Shown here one piece after another: positions 1 to 10,716 of a stretch of 64,000 nucleotides of DNA. A program made the translations under genes and the position numbers. The notes under the pieces were generated by a model. It was given only the letters and a program-made list of their open reading frames with translations. It did not search any database and was not told the DNA's origin. The first letter of the stretch is position 1, and each line of letters begins with the position of its first letter. The DNA is from Eledone cirrhosa (taxonomy: Eukaryota): NCBI GenBank assembly GCA_964016885.1, contig OZ024742.1, forward strand, positions 102,610,001 to 102,674,000, written 5' to 3'.

Positions 1-201
1 GGACATTCTACTGACCAAGATCCCCGATGAACCTACAGCATGAGGCGAAGCACGAATAAGATCAGTAACAACAAACTCCCTTTTGCATCAATAGTCAAAC
101 AGAGAAGGCTGACTATAAAAAAAAGTGTAGCATTGGAGGCGGTGCCCCAGCATGATCTCAGTCTCTCGGTTGGAACGCAAATAAATAAACAAATAAAAAA
201 A
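1..201 (+). mobile_element. 3' end of a CR1-group LINE (ORF2 C-terminus and 3' UTR with AATA-rich tail)
   Basis: Reads DILLTKIPDEPTA..TNSLL. Homologous to 56750-56980 (+) and 47472-47820 (-). Ends GCGGTGCCCCAGCATG..GGAACGCAAATAAATAAAC. Confidence 0.7.
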
Positions 202-1239
202 ATATATATATACAAGATGGCGTCGTAGCAAAATATTTACAGCGTCGAATAGAACGTCTTGCGGTATTGTCCCGGCTCTCTTGGCTATTTTCTCTCTTCT
301 CATTTCTGGAAAACATACTGATAGCTTCATATGATGATGGTATTACAGTCATCTTCTCCCATCAATGTCCTGTTACAGCAGCACAACTACCCCAACCATA
401 TACTAACCACCAACAAACCTGGCTCCAAACAAGCGGGTTCTAAAATACCTATAAATGTAGAGATGTGGAAAATGCAGTGCAGCAAGTTCACCACTTACAT
501 TGTATATTTTTATTCATAAATTGTGTTAATAAAATTAATTTTCATTTTATTTTTTTTTCTTGATGGTATATTTAGTTATTTAATAAATATTGATATATTT
601 CAATGTAGAGATATGTGATTTGGAGAGCCATACATTTTGCATGGAAGTAGGTTGTGATGTAGATCAGGGTTTCCCAACATGGGCGATATCACTCACCGAT
701 GAACGATTTCAACTGTTGAGTGGATGATGAGCAACTGAACAGAAAATGTGTGTGGGGGGGATTACGATTTTGGCAGACGATATAGGATTTTGAGTATTAA
801 GAAGGTATTTCAACTTATGCTACTCGAAATAAAAAATATTCAATGGATATATGCAAAAAACCTGTATAAAAAAAAACAGGGAGCTAAATGGAAATAACGA
901 ACCACTAACAAACCTTTTACCAAACATTTTTCGTATGCTTTTGAATATTTACCAGATAGGTGGGCCTGTGAAAGTGGACGATGACGCCTGGAAAGGTTTA
1001 GTTCTTTTCGAAGAGAAAACCTTTTATTCACAGAATCGGTGGAAATAACATTATATCTTTACTAAAGTAACAGAATATTTATTACTGTGTGGAATAATCG
1101 TTTTAGCCATTTAAAAACACACAAATTCTGTCAGTTACAGTGGAACTGTGTCAGTGACCACGTCGCAGACAGTGACACGAACATTTTGAAATAAATAACA
1201 CACATACACGAACAAGAAATAAATAACACACATACACAC

Positions 1240-1336
1240 ACATGCATGCATACATACATACATACATACATACATACATACATACATACATACATACATA
1301 CATACATACATACATACATACATACATACATACATA
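1240..1336. repeat. (TACA)n microsatellite
   Basis: Direct observation. It forms the (TGTA)n tail of the minus-strand element at 1337-1613. Confidence 0.97.
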
Positions 1337-1612
1337 CATGATGGCTGCTCCCTCGTTATCGAGTATGGCCATTGCCCGATATAACATTACTAATAATTGT
1401 CAATTAAAGCTATTGTGCAATGCTTGCGCATGAAGATCTTTTTTTTTTAAGTGAGGAAAGACTGTGCACTGAGCCAATCCCACTCCCTGAGCGACAGTAG
1501 CTATAACCCGAAAAGAAGAAAAGGTCAACATCATCGGTAACTACTGAGCCGCAGGTTTTATATCGGAGTTAACCCAGTTTCCTGAGTTACCTTCTCCTAG
1601 AAGAATGCCTTG

Positions 1613-1613
<1 letters not shown>
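1337..1613 (-). mobile_element. Short non-autonomous RTE-related retroelement, 5'-truncated
   Basis: Closely matches 9779-10040. Minus strand has the RTE 5'-UTR-like block CTAGGAGAAGG..AAACCTGCGGC and ends CTCGATAACGAGGGAGCAGCCATCAT followed by (TGTA)n. Confidence 0.65.
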
Positions 1614-1660
<47 letters not shown>

Positions 1661-2068
1661 ACATACATACATACATACATACATACATACATACATACAT
1701 TCAAACATACATACATACACACATACATACATACATACATGCATGCATACATACAAACATACATACATACATACATACATACACACACACATACATACAT
1801 ACATACATACATACATACATGCATACATACATGCAAACATACATACATACATACATACATACATACATACACACATACATACATACAAACATACATACAC
1901 ACATACATACATTCAAACATACATACACACATACATACATACACACATACATACATACATACATACATACATGCATACACACATACACACACACACACAC
2001 ACACACATACATACATACATACATACATACATACATACATACATACATACATACATACATACATACAA

Positions 2069-2101
<33 letters not shown>

Positions 2102-2112
2102 CCTACATACAC
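1614..2112. repeat. Compound (TACA)n/(CA)n microsatellite
   Basis: Direct observation. Source of the HTYI/MYVC ORFs. Confidence 0.97.
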
Positions 2113-2441
2113 AAAGTTAACATTTTAATGTATTTTTAAATGGCTAAAATGACTCTTCAACGCAGTAATTGTTTTAGTTCCAACACTCGGTCAAGGACAA
2201 AGTCACTTGCCAAGCTAGTACAACTCCGAAATATGCATTTATTTTTATTAAAAAATAAATGTCTTAAAAGTAATAAATAAATATTCTGTTGCTTTATTAA
2301 AGATATTAAAAAATAAATGTGTCGAGTATCAATTGCAATTTCTAGAATTACTAAAGTGATTTCCCTGGCGAGTAGCTGGACTTAACAGCATGTTGATAGA
2401 CATCGGACGTATGTATGGGCGCGTAAATCCCGATTAAAGTA

Positions 2442-2540
2442 GGAGCACCGTAGTGACATACTATGTAGCTTGGGCATTTTTTAAAACCTGGCAGAGCCCA
2501 TCCTCTTTCCAGGTCTGAACACAGTCGATTTCTTTCAGAG
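2442..2540 (-). repeat. Dispersed GC-rich repeat, copy 1 (copy 2 at 4294-4388); probably a structured retroelement 5' region
   Basis: The two copies align (GGAGCACCGTAGTGACATA..CCTGGCAGAGCCC..CCAGGTCTGAACACAG vs GGGGCGCCGTATTGACATA..CCTGGCGGAGCCC..CTAGGCCTGAGTACAG). Strand is inferred. Confidence 0.6.
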
Positions 2541-2732
2541 GGGCGGTGGATTAGCAGTATCGGTAGAGGGTCGGACGCCATGCTTTGCAGCAAAGAGTTA
2601 CGTCCCTTTACGTTCTGAGTTCAAATTACGCCGAGGTTAACTTTGCCTTTCATCCTTACGGGGTCGATAAAATAAAGTACTAGTAATGTACTGGGATAAT
2701 TACTGGCCTTGTGCCAAAAATAGAAACAATTA
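2541..2732 (+). mobile_element. tRNA-derived SINE, family A (central TTTGCCTTTCATCC..GGGGTCGATAAAATAAAGTAC domain, MetaSINE-like)
   Basis: A-box-like TAGCAGTATCGG, B-box GAGTTCAAAT, conserved core and AATTAT tail. Near-identical copies at 13275, 41329, 42416 and 42584. Confidence 0.85.
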
Positions 2733-2741
2733 TAAAAGAAG

Positions 2742-2893
2742 AATCGACCCCAGTACTGGATTGTTACTTTTATTTATCGATCTCGACAGCATGAAAGGCA
2801 AAGTTAACTTCAGTGGAATTTGAACCTTGAGAGCCCAAACAGATAGAATGAATACCACAAAGTATTCTCTCCAACTCAGCCAATTCATCGCCT
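2742..2893 (-). mobile_element. Family A SINE, diverged, tail-to-tail with the previous copy
   Basis: Reverse complement of the core (TTTATCGA..TGAAAGGCAAAGTTAAC..ATTTGAAC). Confidence 0.75.
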
Positions 2894-2989
2894 TGCCAGA
2901 CTTTACTGCGTTGTATTTACTAGCTTGGAAACCAGATTCATGGAAGTGAGATAAAAATTGACTCAATATAACACAGCAAACAACATTGC

Positions 2990-3915
2990 ACACGTGAAAA
3001 AATTACTAGATTATCCCACATGTGAAAGTATCTATATTCATAAAATTACTAGATTATCCCAGATGTGAAAGTATCTATATTCATGAAATTACTAGATTTC
3101 CACATGTGAAAGTATCTATATTCATAAAATTACTAGATTATCCCACATGTGAAAGTATCTATATTCATAAAATTACTAGATTATCCCACATGTGAAAGTA
3201 TCTATATTCATAAAATTACTAGATTATCCCACATGTGAAAGTATCTATATTCATAAAATTACTAGATTATCCCACATGTGAAAGTATCTATATTCATAAA
3301 ATTACTAGATTATCCCACATGTGAAAGTATCTATATTCATAAAATTACTAGATTATCCCACATGTGAAAGTATCTATATTCATGAAATTACTAGATTATC
3401 CCAGATGTGAAAGTATCTATATTCATAAAATTACTAGATTATCCCACATGTGAAAGTATCTATATTCATGAAATTACAAGATTATCCCACATGTGAAATT
3501 ATATATATTCATGAAATTACTAGATTTCCACATGCGAAAGTATCTATATTCATGAAATTACAAGATTATCCCACATGTGAAAGTATCTATATTCATAAAA
3601 TTACAAGATTATCCCACATGTGAAAGTATCTATATTCATGAAATTACAAGATTATCCCACATGTGAAAGTATATATATTCATAAAATTACTAGATGTTCC
3701 CACATGTGAAAATTTCTATATTCATAAAATTACTAGATTATCCCACATGAAAAAGTATATATATTCATAAAATTACTAGATTACTAGATTATCCCACATG
3801 AAAAAGTATCTACATTCATGAAATTACTAGATTATCCCACATGTGAAAGTATCAGTTTTCATAAAATTTACTAGATTTATGAATACTTACTAGATTACCC
3901 AACAGGGGAAAGTAG
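2990..3915. repeat. 43-bp minisatellite, about 21 copies (AAATTACTAGATTATCCCACATGTGAAAGTATCTATATTCATA)
   Basis: Period 43 measured (TACTAGATTA at 3131 and 3174). Head-to-tail with no spacers, degenerating toward 3900. Confidence 0.95.
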
Positions 3916-4073
3916 GAAAGTATCCATGTACACAAAATTATTAGTTTTACCACAAAGGAAGGCGAAAAAGATTAGCTTAATGAACAAACATGAAGTAGTG
4001 TGATTGTTGCACTGTTATCACAACCATAAAGGTAGGTTGTCTGCCAAACAACCTCGTTTATAAAATAGTAACG

Positions 4074-4202
4074 GTTTCTACTTTTAGGCACAAGGCCAGT
4101 AATTTTGGGGGAGGGGAAAGTCGGTTAAATCGACCCCAGTGCGTGACTGGTACTTTATTTTATCGACCCCGTAAGGATGAAAGACAAAGTTAACCTCGGC
4201 GG
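4074..4202 (-). mobile_element. Family A SINE, 3' half
   Basis: GGTTTCTACTTTTAGGCACAAGGCCAG..TTTATCGACCCCGTAAGGATGAAAGACAAAGTTAACCTCGGC is the reverse complement of the family A core and tail. Confidence 0.8.
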
Positions 4203-4293
4203 ATAATAATGAAAACTACATGGCTTTATAAAGGAATATAGCAATAACGACAATAATTCTCTCTCTAGTCCCATAACTCCTGATAGAGTCGTT

Positions 4294-4388
4294 GGGGCGC
4301 CGTATTGACATATGGCATTTCTTGGGTACTTTTAAGCCTGGCGGAGCCCCTCCCTCTCTAGGCCTGAGTACAGTAGATTTTTTCCAGA
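4294..4388 (-). repeat. Dispersed GC-rich repeat, copy 2 (see 2442-2540)
   Basis: Aligns with 2442-2540. Confidence 0.6.
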
Positions 4389-4437
4389 AAAAGATAGAAA
4401 ATGAGAGAGAGGAAATGAGAAAGAGATACTGAGAAAG

Positions 4438-4565
4438 AATCGACCCCAGTCCTAAACTGGTACTTTTTTTATATCGACCGCGAAAGGATGAAACGCAAAG
4501 AGAGTCAGAACGAATACTACAAAGCATTCTATCCGACGTTCTGACGATTCTGCCAATTCGCCGCC
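4438..4565 (-). mobile_element. Family A SINE, internally deleted
   Basis: AATCGACCCCAG..ATCGACCGCGAAAGGATGAAA..CTGACGATTCTGCCAATTCGCCGCC is the reverse complement of the head and core. Confidence 0.7.
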
Positions 4566-4794
4566 TATAAGGAGAACAACACCAACGACAAACACTGGAA
4601 TTGCTGTTGTTATCTCTCTTTCTAACATCACACGACCGCACGGAATACATTTTTAAATCACACAAAAATATTCTTTGCAAATATGACACAATTAAAAAAA
4701 TTCTACAATACATTAACAGCATTCAAAACATCTTTATGGAAGGAAAAGTTTCTATCATCTCACACGAAATTTCAATAATTAATTCAGGAAACGT

Positions 4795-5013
4795 GAGGTG
4801 GATTGGCAAAATTGGTAGCGCGTCGAATAAAATATCATTGTGGTATTTGTTCTGGTTCTTTACATTCTGAGTTCAAATCTCGCCAAGGTCAACTTTGCCT
4901 TTCATTGTTCCGGGGTCGATAAAATAAAGTACCACTTAAGTACTGGGGTTGATTTAATCAACTTTGCTCTTTGCTCTAAATTTGTTGTCTTTGTTTCTAA
5001 ATTAGAAATCAAT
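4795..5013 (+). mobile_element. Family A SINE, full length, diverged
   Basis: TGGCAAAATTGGTAG A-box, GAGTTCAAATC B-box, core and tail. Confidence 0.8.
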
Positions 5014-5293
5014 ATTCCGGAAAACATTCTTACTACCAGAACACAGAACACCCTGCATGTCAAATCATACTAAATCAAACAGTATGGTCTTAGTGTATTC
5101 ATAAAAAAACCTGCATTTAATATATAATTTATTTAGCGATAGCACAAACACATGATTTAGAATGAGGGTGTATATGGGCTCATATTCAATATACCCATAT
5201 ATACATCTTTATTGATCTATAGATTTTACAAATGACATTTCTAAACTAATATGAAACGACACAACGTATGTATGTGTATACACACACACACAC

Positions 5294-5508
5294 AATGTAT
5301 GAACATTAAGCTTGAAACGATAAATTATACAATGTCAAATCTATAACTTTACTTAGTAATCTGTTAGAAATTGGTGGATGTGAAATATACAAAATGATAT
5401 TGTTAGTCTCAAGGAAGCGTACCTTTTGTTTCAAGTACAAAGAGTAAATTAAAATCCGAATGAGCCAAATTACGAAAGATAACTCTTGTCTTATTTAAAG
5501 ATAACTCC
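5294..5508 (-). mobile_element. Internal fragment of the Helitron at 8001-8759
   Basis: Nearly identical to 8304-8518. Confidence 0.8.
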
Positions 5509-5547
5509 CGTTAAGGGTGAAAGCAGCGATTCTTTGCTTAAACTTTA

Positions 5548-5751
<204 letters not shown>

Positions 5752-5777
5752 AAAGGAAACAATCAATCAATTTTTAT

Positions 5778-5830
5778 TCGCTGACAGTGTTTCATCCATA
5801 CCATGGGGCAGGACTCATCAGAGCTTTGAA
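5778..5830 (-). ncRNA. Minimal type-I hammerhead ribozyme-like motif (Penelope-associated)
   Basis: Minus strand: GCT CTGATGAG TCC tgccccatggtat GGA T GAAA CACTGTC AGC. Complete core, stems I-III and GUC cleavage triplet. Confidence 0.65.
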
Positions 5831-7081
5831 AACAAAAATACAATAATGAAGATAAGCTCTACCGACCTACATCATAAGAACAATAGATATATGGTACAGG
5901 ATCATAGGATAATAGGGAGAATGGAGATGATACATAATAGGGTTGTTAGTCAAAGTAAGGAAAAATAAGGAAAAATAAAGTAAAATGAAATAATCACACA
6001 AGAGATAGATGCATGTGAAGGAATCAGTCAAGGCGATAAAGAAAAAATAAAGAATAGTCAAAAATAATTTAAAAAAATAAATAAATAAATAAAATAAAAA
6101 AATTAATTAAACAATAATTAAAAAATTAAAAAATTAAAAAATTAAAAAATTAAAAAATAATTTTAAAAAATAATAATTAAAAATAATTAAAAATAATTAA
6201 AAATAATTAAAAAAATAAATAAATAAATAAATTAAAAATTAAAAATTAATTTAAAAAATAATTAAAAAATATATATTTAACAAAATAATTAGCAAGAGAG
6301 AGGGGAAGGCATAGATGCATATGAGGGCACACAAACGCAAGGAGGGAAAGCATGCATTGGTCACAGTCGAATAAATATAGACCAGATGATTTCCCATGAC
6401 AAAGAGTCCTGTAGTTTCACAAGGTGAGCCACAGTGCACTCGAATATTACAGTTGTCAAAGTAGGGATATCCAGCAGATAAATTACGATAGGACTAGGCA
6501 TCAACTGGGGTGTCATATAGAAAAGTGCCATGTAGCCCTTAAAGTATGGTAATAAGGTTCAGAGGGGATTTAGTATTCTCCATATTCAGCACGGTTAGGG
6601 TAACCATAAGATAGTGGGCTGTGCGGATAAGAGGTGTTAGTCTTGCATAAGGATGGGTACAGCACAGGCAGAAGCAGGAACACAAGCAAAGCAGGGTAAG
6701 TGTATAGAAGAAGCTGAAGCAGTCAATTCACAACGAAAAATTCATAACAGAAAATTCATACATGGTTTAAACAATGTTTGAGGCAAATCCGGCAAGGGGA
6801 ACAAAAAACATATATATATCGTCAGTAGATGGTAACTCACGAACTGTCTCAACATATATACACACATGTATATACATATATATATATATCCTTCATAGAT
6901 GGTATTCCAGTCATGTTCATCCATCCACATGTACGTATCATAACGTATGGTACTATATGTTATGAGCCGGTGTTAAAATCGGCTCTGTTTTCGTACATTG
7001 AGCTAACAAGATACTGTCACAAGTAATACACAGTACGGGTGTGGGTTTTTTTTAAACATACGTTCTGCTATCTAAGCATAA

Positions 7082-7171
<90 letters not shown>

Positions 7172-7176
<5 letters not shown>

Positions 7177-7856
7177 AAGTTTGTCCTCATCAGTGGCCTT
7201 CCAACCGTCGTAGGCATTTCGTCGCATTAAAGGCCATATACCTCAGGTTGGTGCGAGCAACGGCTAAAAAAAGTCGTTGGGACACGTAAATAAAGGGGAC
7301 GCTAGGGTAAACAGATAAAATGGTTTAAGCACCAGAAAGTGAGGAAGAAACAAGTCCCAGATTTCTATGAATATAAATTCGGTGGAATCGTGAACGAGAG
7401 AATAAAGACCATCAAACCTGGTTGAAATGTGAGCAAGGAAGGAATTTCGCACAGGTCTAACGGGAGGAAGAAGGGGTCTGGTCTGCGAATTCGGTAAACA
7501 TAAGTTCTGTGAAGTCGCAGACGAGAGAGAGAGAAAAAATTCATACCGGCTTGGCCAAGTGCTCGCGAGAAAAGGATTACGGACAGGTCAAACGGGAAGA
7601 AAGGGGAGGAGGGGAGGTAGTGACAGAGAGTGAGTGAGTGAAAGGTGAGGTAGAGGCTAACAGAGAGAGAGAGAGAGAGAGACTGCTAGAAAGGGTAAAG
7701 ACACAAAGAACGAAACAGACTGGTGGCAGCGGAGGAAAAAATATATGTGTAAATATGATAATAATGGAGCTGCGGCGCTGCAAATGGGTTACATATGAAA
7801 AAGTTTGTCCTCATCAGTGGCCTTCCAACCGTCGTAGGCATTTCGTCGCATTAAAG

Positions 7857-7860
<4 letters not shown>
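7172..7860. mobile_element. Small non-coding element with identical 65-bp TG..CA direct terminal repeats (TRIM-like or other), inserted in (TA)n
   Basis: 7172-7236 is identical to 7796-7860 (TGAAAAAGTTTGTCCTCATCAG..TTAAAGGCCA). (TA)n on both flanks. Confidence 0.7.
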
Positions 7861-7946
<86 letters not shown>

Positions 7947-8000
7947 CACACACACACATATATATATATACATATATATATATACATATATATATATATA

Positions 8001-8759
8001 CTAGCTAAACTACCCGGACGGTTCAAGTAGCTTTCGATGTAGCTCATTAAACTAAACAAAGTAAATTTGAATACATAGAAGAAAAACGTACTTTATGTAA
8101 ACATGAAAACCTTAGGCACTATTCCAGCGAAATAATTAATATGTGTGCTCGGTGTCATCCGTTATACCATGTAACAACAGAAATCCAGTCTAGGTATAAA
8201 TTTTTTTGACAACAGTAAAAGCGCATCATGAAATAGAGAAGTGAATTGAATAATAGACACTATTATGTACAAAGCAAATATTGTAAAAGTTATGACATCA
8301 CTTAATGTATGAACATTAACCTTGAAACGATAAATTATTCAATGTCAAATCTATAACTTAACTTAGTAATCTGTTAGAAATTGATGGTTGTGAAATATAC
8401 AAAATGATATTGTTAGTCTCAAGGAAGCGTACCTTTTGTTTCAAGTACAAAGAGTAAATTAAAATCCGAATGAGCCGAATTACGAAAGATAACTCTTGTC
8501 TTATTTAAAGATAACTCTCGTCTTATTTAATCACGAAAATTCACACAAATAACCGAAACTTTTTTAATGTCTCCAAAGGCTCCAATATCGATTTTTGAAA
8601 GCCCTTGTAGATCATGTACAGGTTTTGTGCAAGGAGAAGCTCTGTAAAAAATGTCAAAGAAATCGCATGAATGGTTTAGAACATATGAGCCCTCATTAAA
8701 AATTGTCCACACACACATACACACACATACAGAAAACTTCGTCATTATATATATACAGA
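8001..8759 (-). mobile_element. Non-autonomous Helitron
   Basis: Minus strand begins A|TCTGTATATATATAATGA and ends ..GTTTAGCTAG|T. Imperfect subterminal hairpin CTACCCGGA-CGGT-TCAAGTAG (+, ~8010-8030), internal microsatellite and no TSD. Confidence 0.75.
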
Positions 8760-8874
8760 TATATATATATTCAATCAGTACAGATAATGGTGAGTGTGTG
8801 TATGTATACTTATAGCAGAGTCGACTAGACGCAGCACGGCTTCACAAGTATTAGGTTCGGGATTCGATTCAATT

Positions 8875-9065
8875 TAGGAACAAGGCCAGCAATTAAAACC
8901 AACCCTGGTCGATTAAAACCAACCCTGCTATTTGACTGGTACTTTAATTTGTCTGATGAAAGGTAAAGTTGACTTCGGTGAGATTTGAACTCAAAACCTA
9001 ATAGGCTGTAACAATTACCACAGTGTATTTACCCGATGCTGTAACAATTCAGTTAATCCACTGCC
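8875..9065 (-). mobile_element. Family A SINE, old copy
   Basis: TGACTGGTACTTTAATTT..GATGAAAGGTAAAGTTGACTTCGGTGAGATTTGAACTC. Confidence 0.7.
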
Positions 9066-9330
9066 CTATTATTGGAGCTATAAGATATATATATCGTACC
9101 ATACCCCCACTCACCCCTAGACCAAAATACATCTGAACCTGTATTCTTGTAGAAAGCTACAAAGGCCAAGAGATCTGGAACCTTCAAAATCTGTAAAACA
9201 ATCTTAAACTTCAAAGGATGAACGATTGCACAAGGGATGACATAAATTTTCTTTTCTTTACAGCCTTATAATTTGGTGAACTTTTAGGCTACGGCCAGCC
9301 ACATGAACCTTTGACAGATCCTGAACAAGC

Positions 9331-9754
9331 AATGCCTGTGCTTTGAAGGTTTTTTAAATGGGGAAAGGCCTTGCCCTCGACCAATCCCACTCTCTGAGCA
9401 TCAAAAATACTACCTGAAAAGGAGAACTGGTCAACATCATCGGATGCTTCCGAAGCCGCAGGTTTTTTTTTTCAGGGCTTCCCTCTCCTAGGAAGGTGTT
9501 GCGACAACAACTGGCGAGCCTTTCATTCCCATGTGAACAAAAAACGACAACAAAAACTGCTATTTGAATGGCCGTTTACTCTGCTGAGTTCCTCCGCCAT
9601 TTGCCGGGTCTTGTATTTCATCCTGCAGGGTGTCCCAATATCACCCTCCTCACCAAGCAAGCTTCGTGGGGTTGCCGGTTTAGTCACTGACGACCCGACC
9701 ATGAGACAGGTTGTACTGGATTACATGTTTCCAGTAGCACTCGAGAGCGACCTG
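9331..9754 (-). mobile_element. Longer, diverged copy of the RTE-related non-autonomous element
   Basis: Shares CCAATCCCACTCTCTGAGC, GGTCAACATCATCGG, GCCGCAGGTTTT and CTCCTAG with 1337-1613, plus extra 5' sequence shared with 10425-10465. Confidence 0.6.
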
Positions 9755-9778
9755 ACATACATACATACATACATACAT

Positions 9779-10467
9779 ACATGATGGCTGCCCCCTCGTT
9801 ATCGAGAATGGCAATTGCATGATATACCATTATTAATAATTATTAATTAATTCTATCGTGCAATGCCTGTGCATGAAGATATTTTTTAAAGTGAGGAGAG
9901 ACTGTGCACTGAGCCAATCCCACTCTCTGAGCGACAGTAGCTATAACCCGAAAAGAAGAAAAGATCAACATCATCGGTAACTACTGAGCCGCAGGTTTTA
10001 TATCGGAGTTATCCCAGTTTCCTGAGTTCCCTTCTCCTAGATTCTAGAAGAATACAAAGGTATCTGTAAATATATACGGTATGAGCAGCGATTTGTGATG
10101 GGCATCATGTCGGCACAACCTTGAAGTGAACTACGGTATCTGTATTCAATATTAATTAGATAATTAGTGTCCAGTGTAAGATGGCGGGTCGGAGAAAAAT
10201 CACTCGAGGGCCGGATGTGGCCCGCAGGCCGGGGGTTGCCGACCCCTGTCCTAGAAGAATGCACTGACAGAAGTTAGGGGTCCTTCACTCCCAGTGGTTT
10301 AACCGCGCGATCGGGTGTCCAGCCCGACTATTTCTATGTCCCCGCGCATATACATACACATGCACCCATGTATATACACATATACATATACATAAATATG
10401 TACATGTGTATATACATATTTACACACTTTTGGATGGCCGTTGACTCTTATGAGTTCTTCCGCCCTT
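9779..10467 (-). mobile_element. RTE-related non-autonomous element interrupted by a hAT-type fragment
   Basis: 9779-10040 closely matches 1337-1600. The element resumes at CCTAGAAGAATGC (10250). Confidence 0.65.
10054..10248. mobile_element. hAT (Charlie-like) MITE remnant with one TIR
   Basis: Right end GGGCCGGATGTGGCCCGCAGGCCGGGGGTTGCCGACCCCTG (TIR = CAGGGGTCGGCAACC) followed by TCCTAGAA, a Charlie-like target. Left TIR not seen. Confidence 0.65.
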
Positions 10468-10716
10468 ACATACATACATCCATACATACATACATACACA
10501 CATACATTCAACGCGATCAGTCGCATATTTTGGCGTGGGAGACTATTTATTAAATTTAAGATGAATACTATCTCCGACAGTAATGCCACAACTACAGTCA
10601 TGTTGAATAACTGGTTATTCTTCTAACTATATCTTCTGGAGACACCTTTTATTCGAATTCGTAAAATTATCCGACTAAATACATAATTCATTTTACAAGG
10701 ATTTGCTACAAACAGC

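Noticed and set aside
214-285. AAGATGGCG (YY1/Kozak-like) as a gene start
   Set aside because: It is followed immediately by a stop, and the sequence aligns loosely with the family A SINE head.
665-1048. CAGGGTTTCCCAAC hAT-like end and an IGGPVKVDD peptide reminiscent of Merlin transposases
   Set aside because: No matching second TIR or TSD was found, and the peptide similarity is too short to support.
1131-2139. MYVC and HTYI repeat ORFs
   Set aside because: Translations of (TACA)n.
2990-3915. CRISPR-like regular array
   Set aside because: Units are contiguous 43-mers with no unique spacers, there are no cas genes, and the context is eukaryotic.
9245-9350. Strong splice-acceptor-like TTTTCTTTTCTTTACAG
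   Set aside because: All three frames stop within ~25 nt and there is no good donor.
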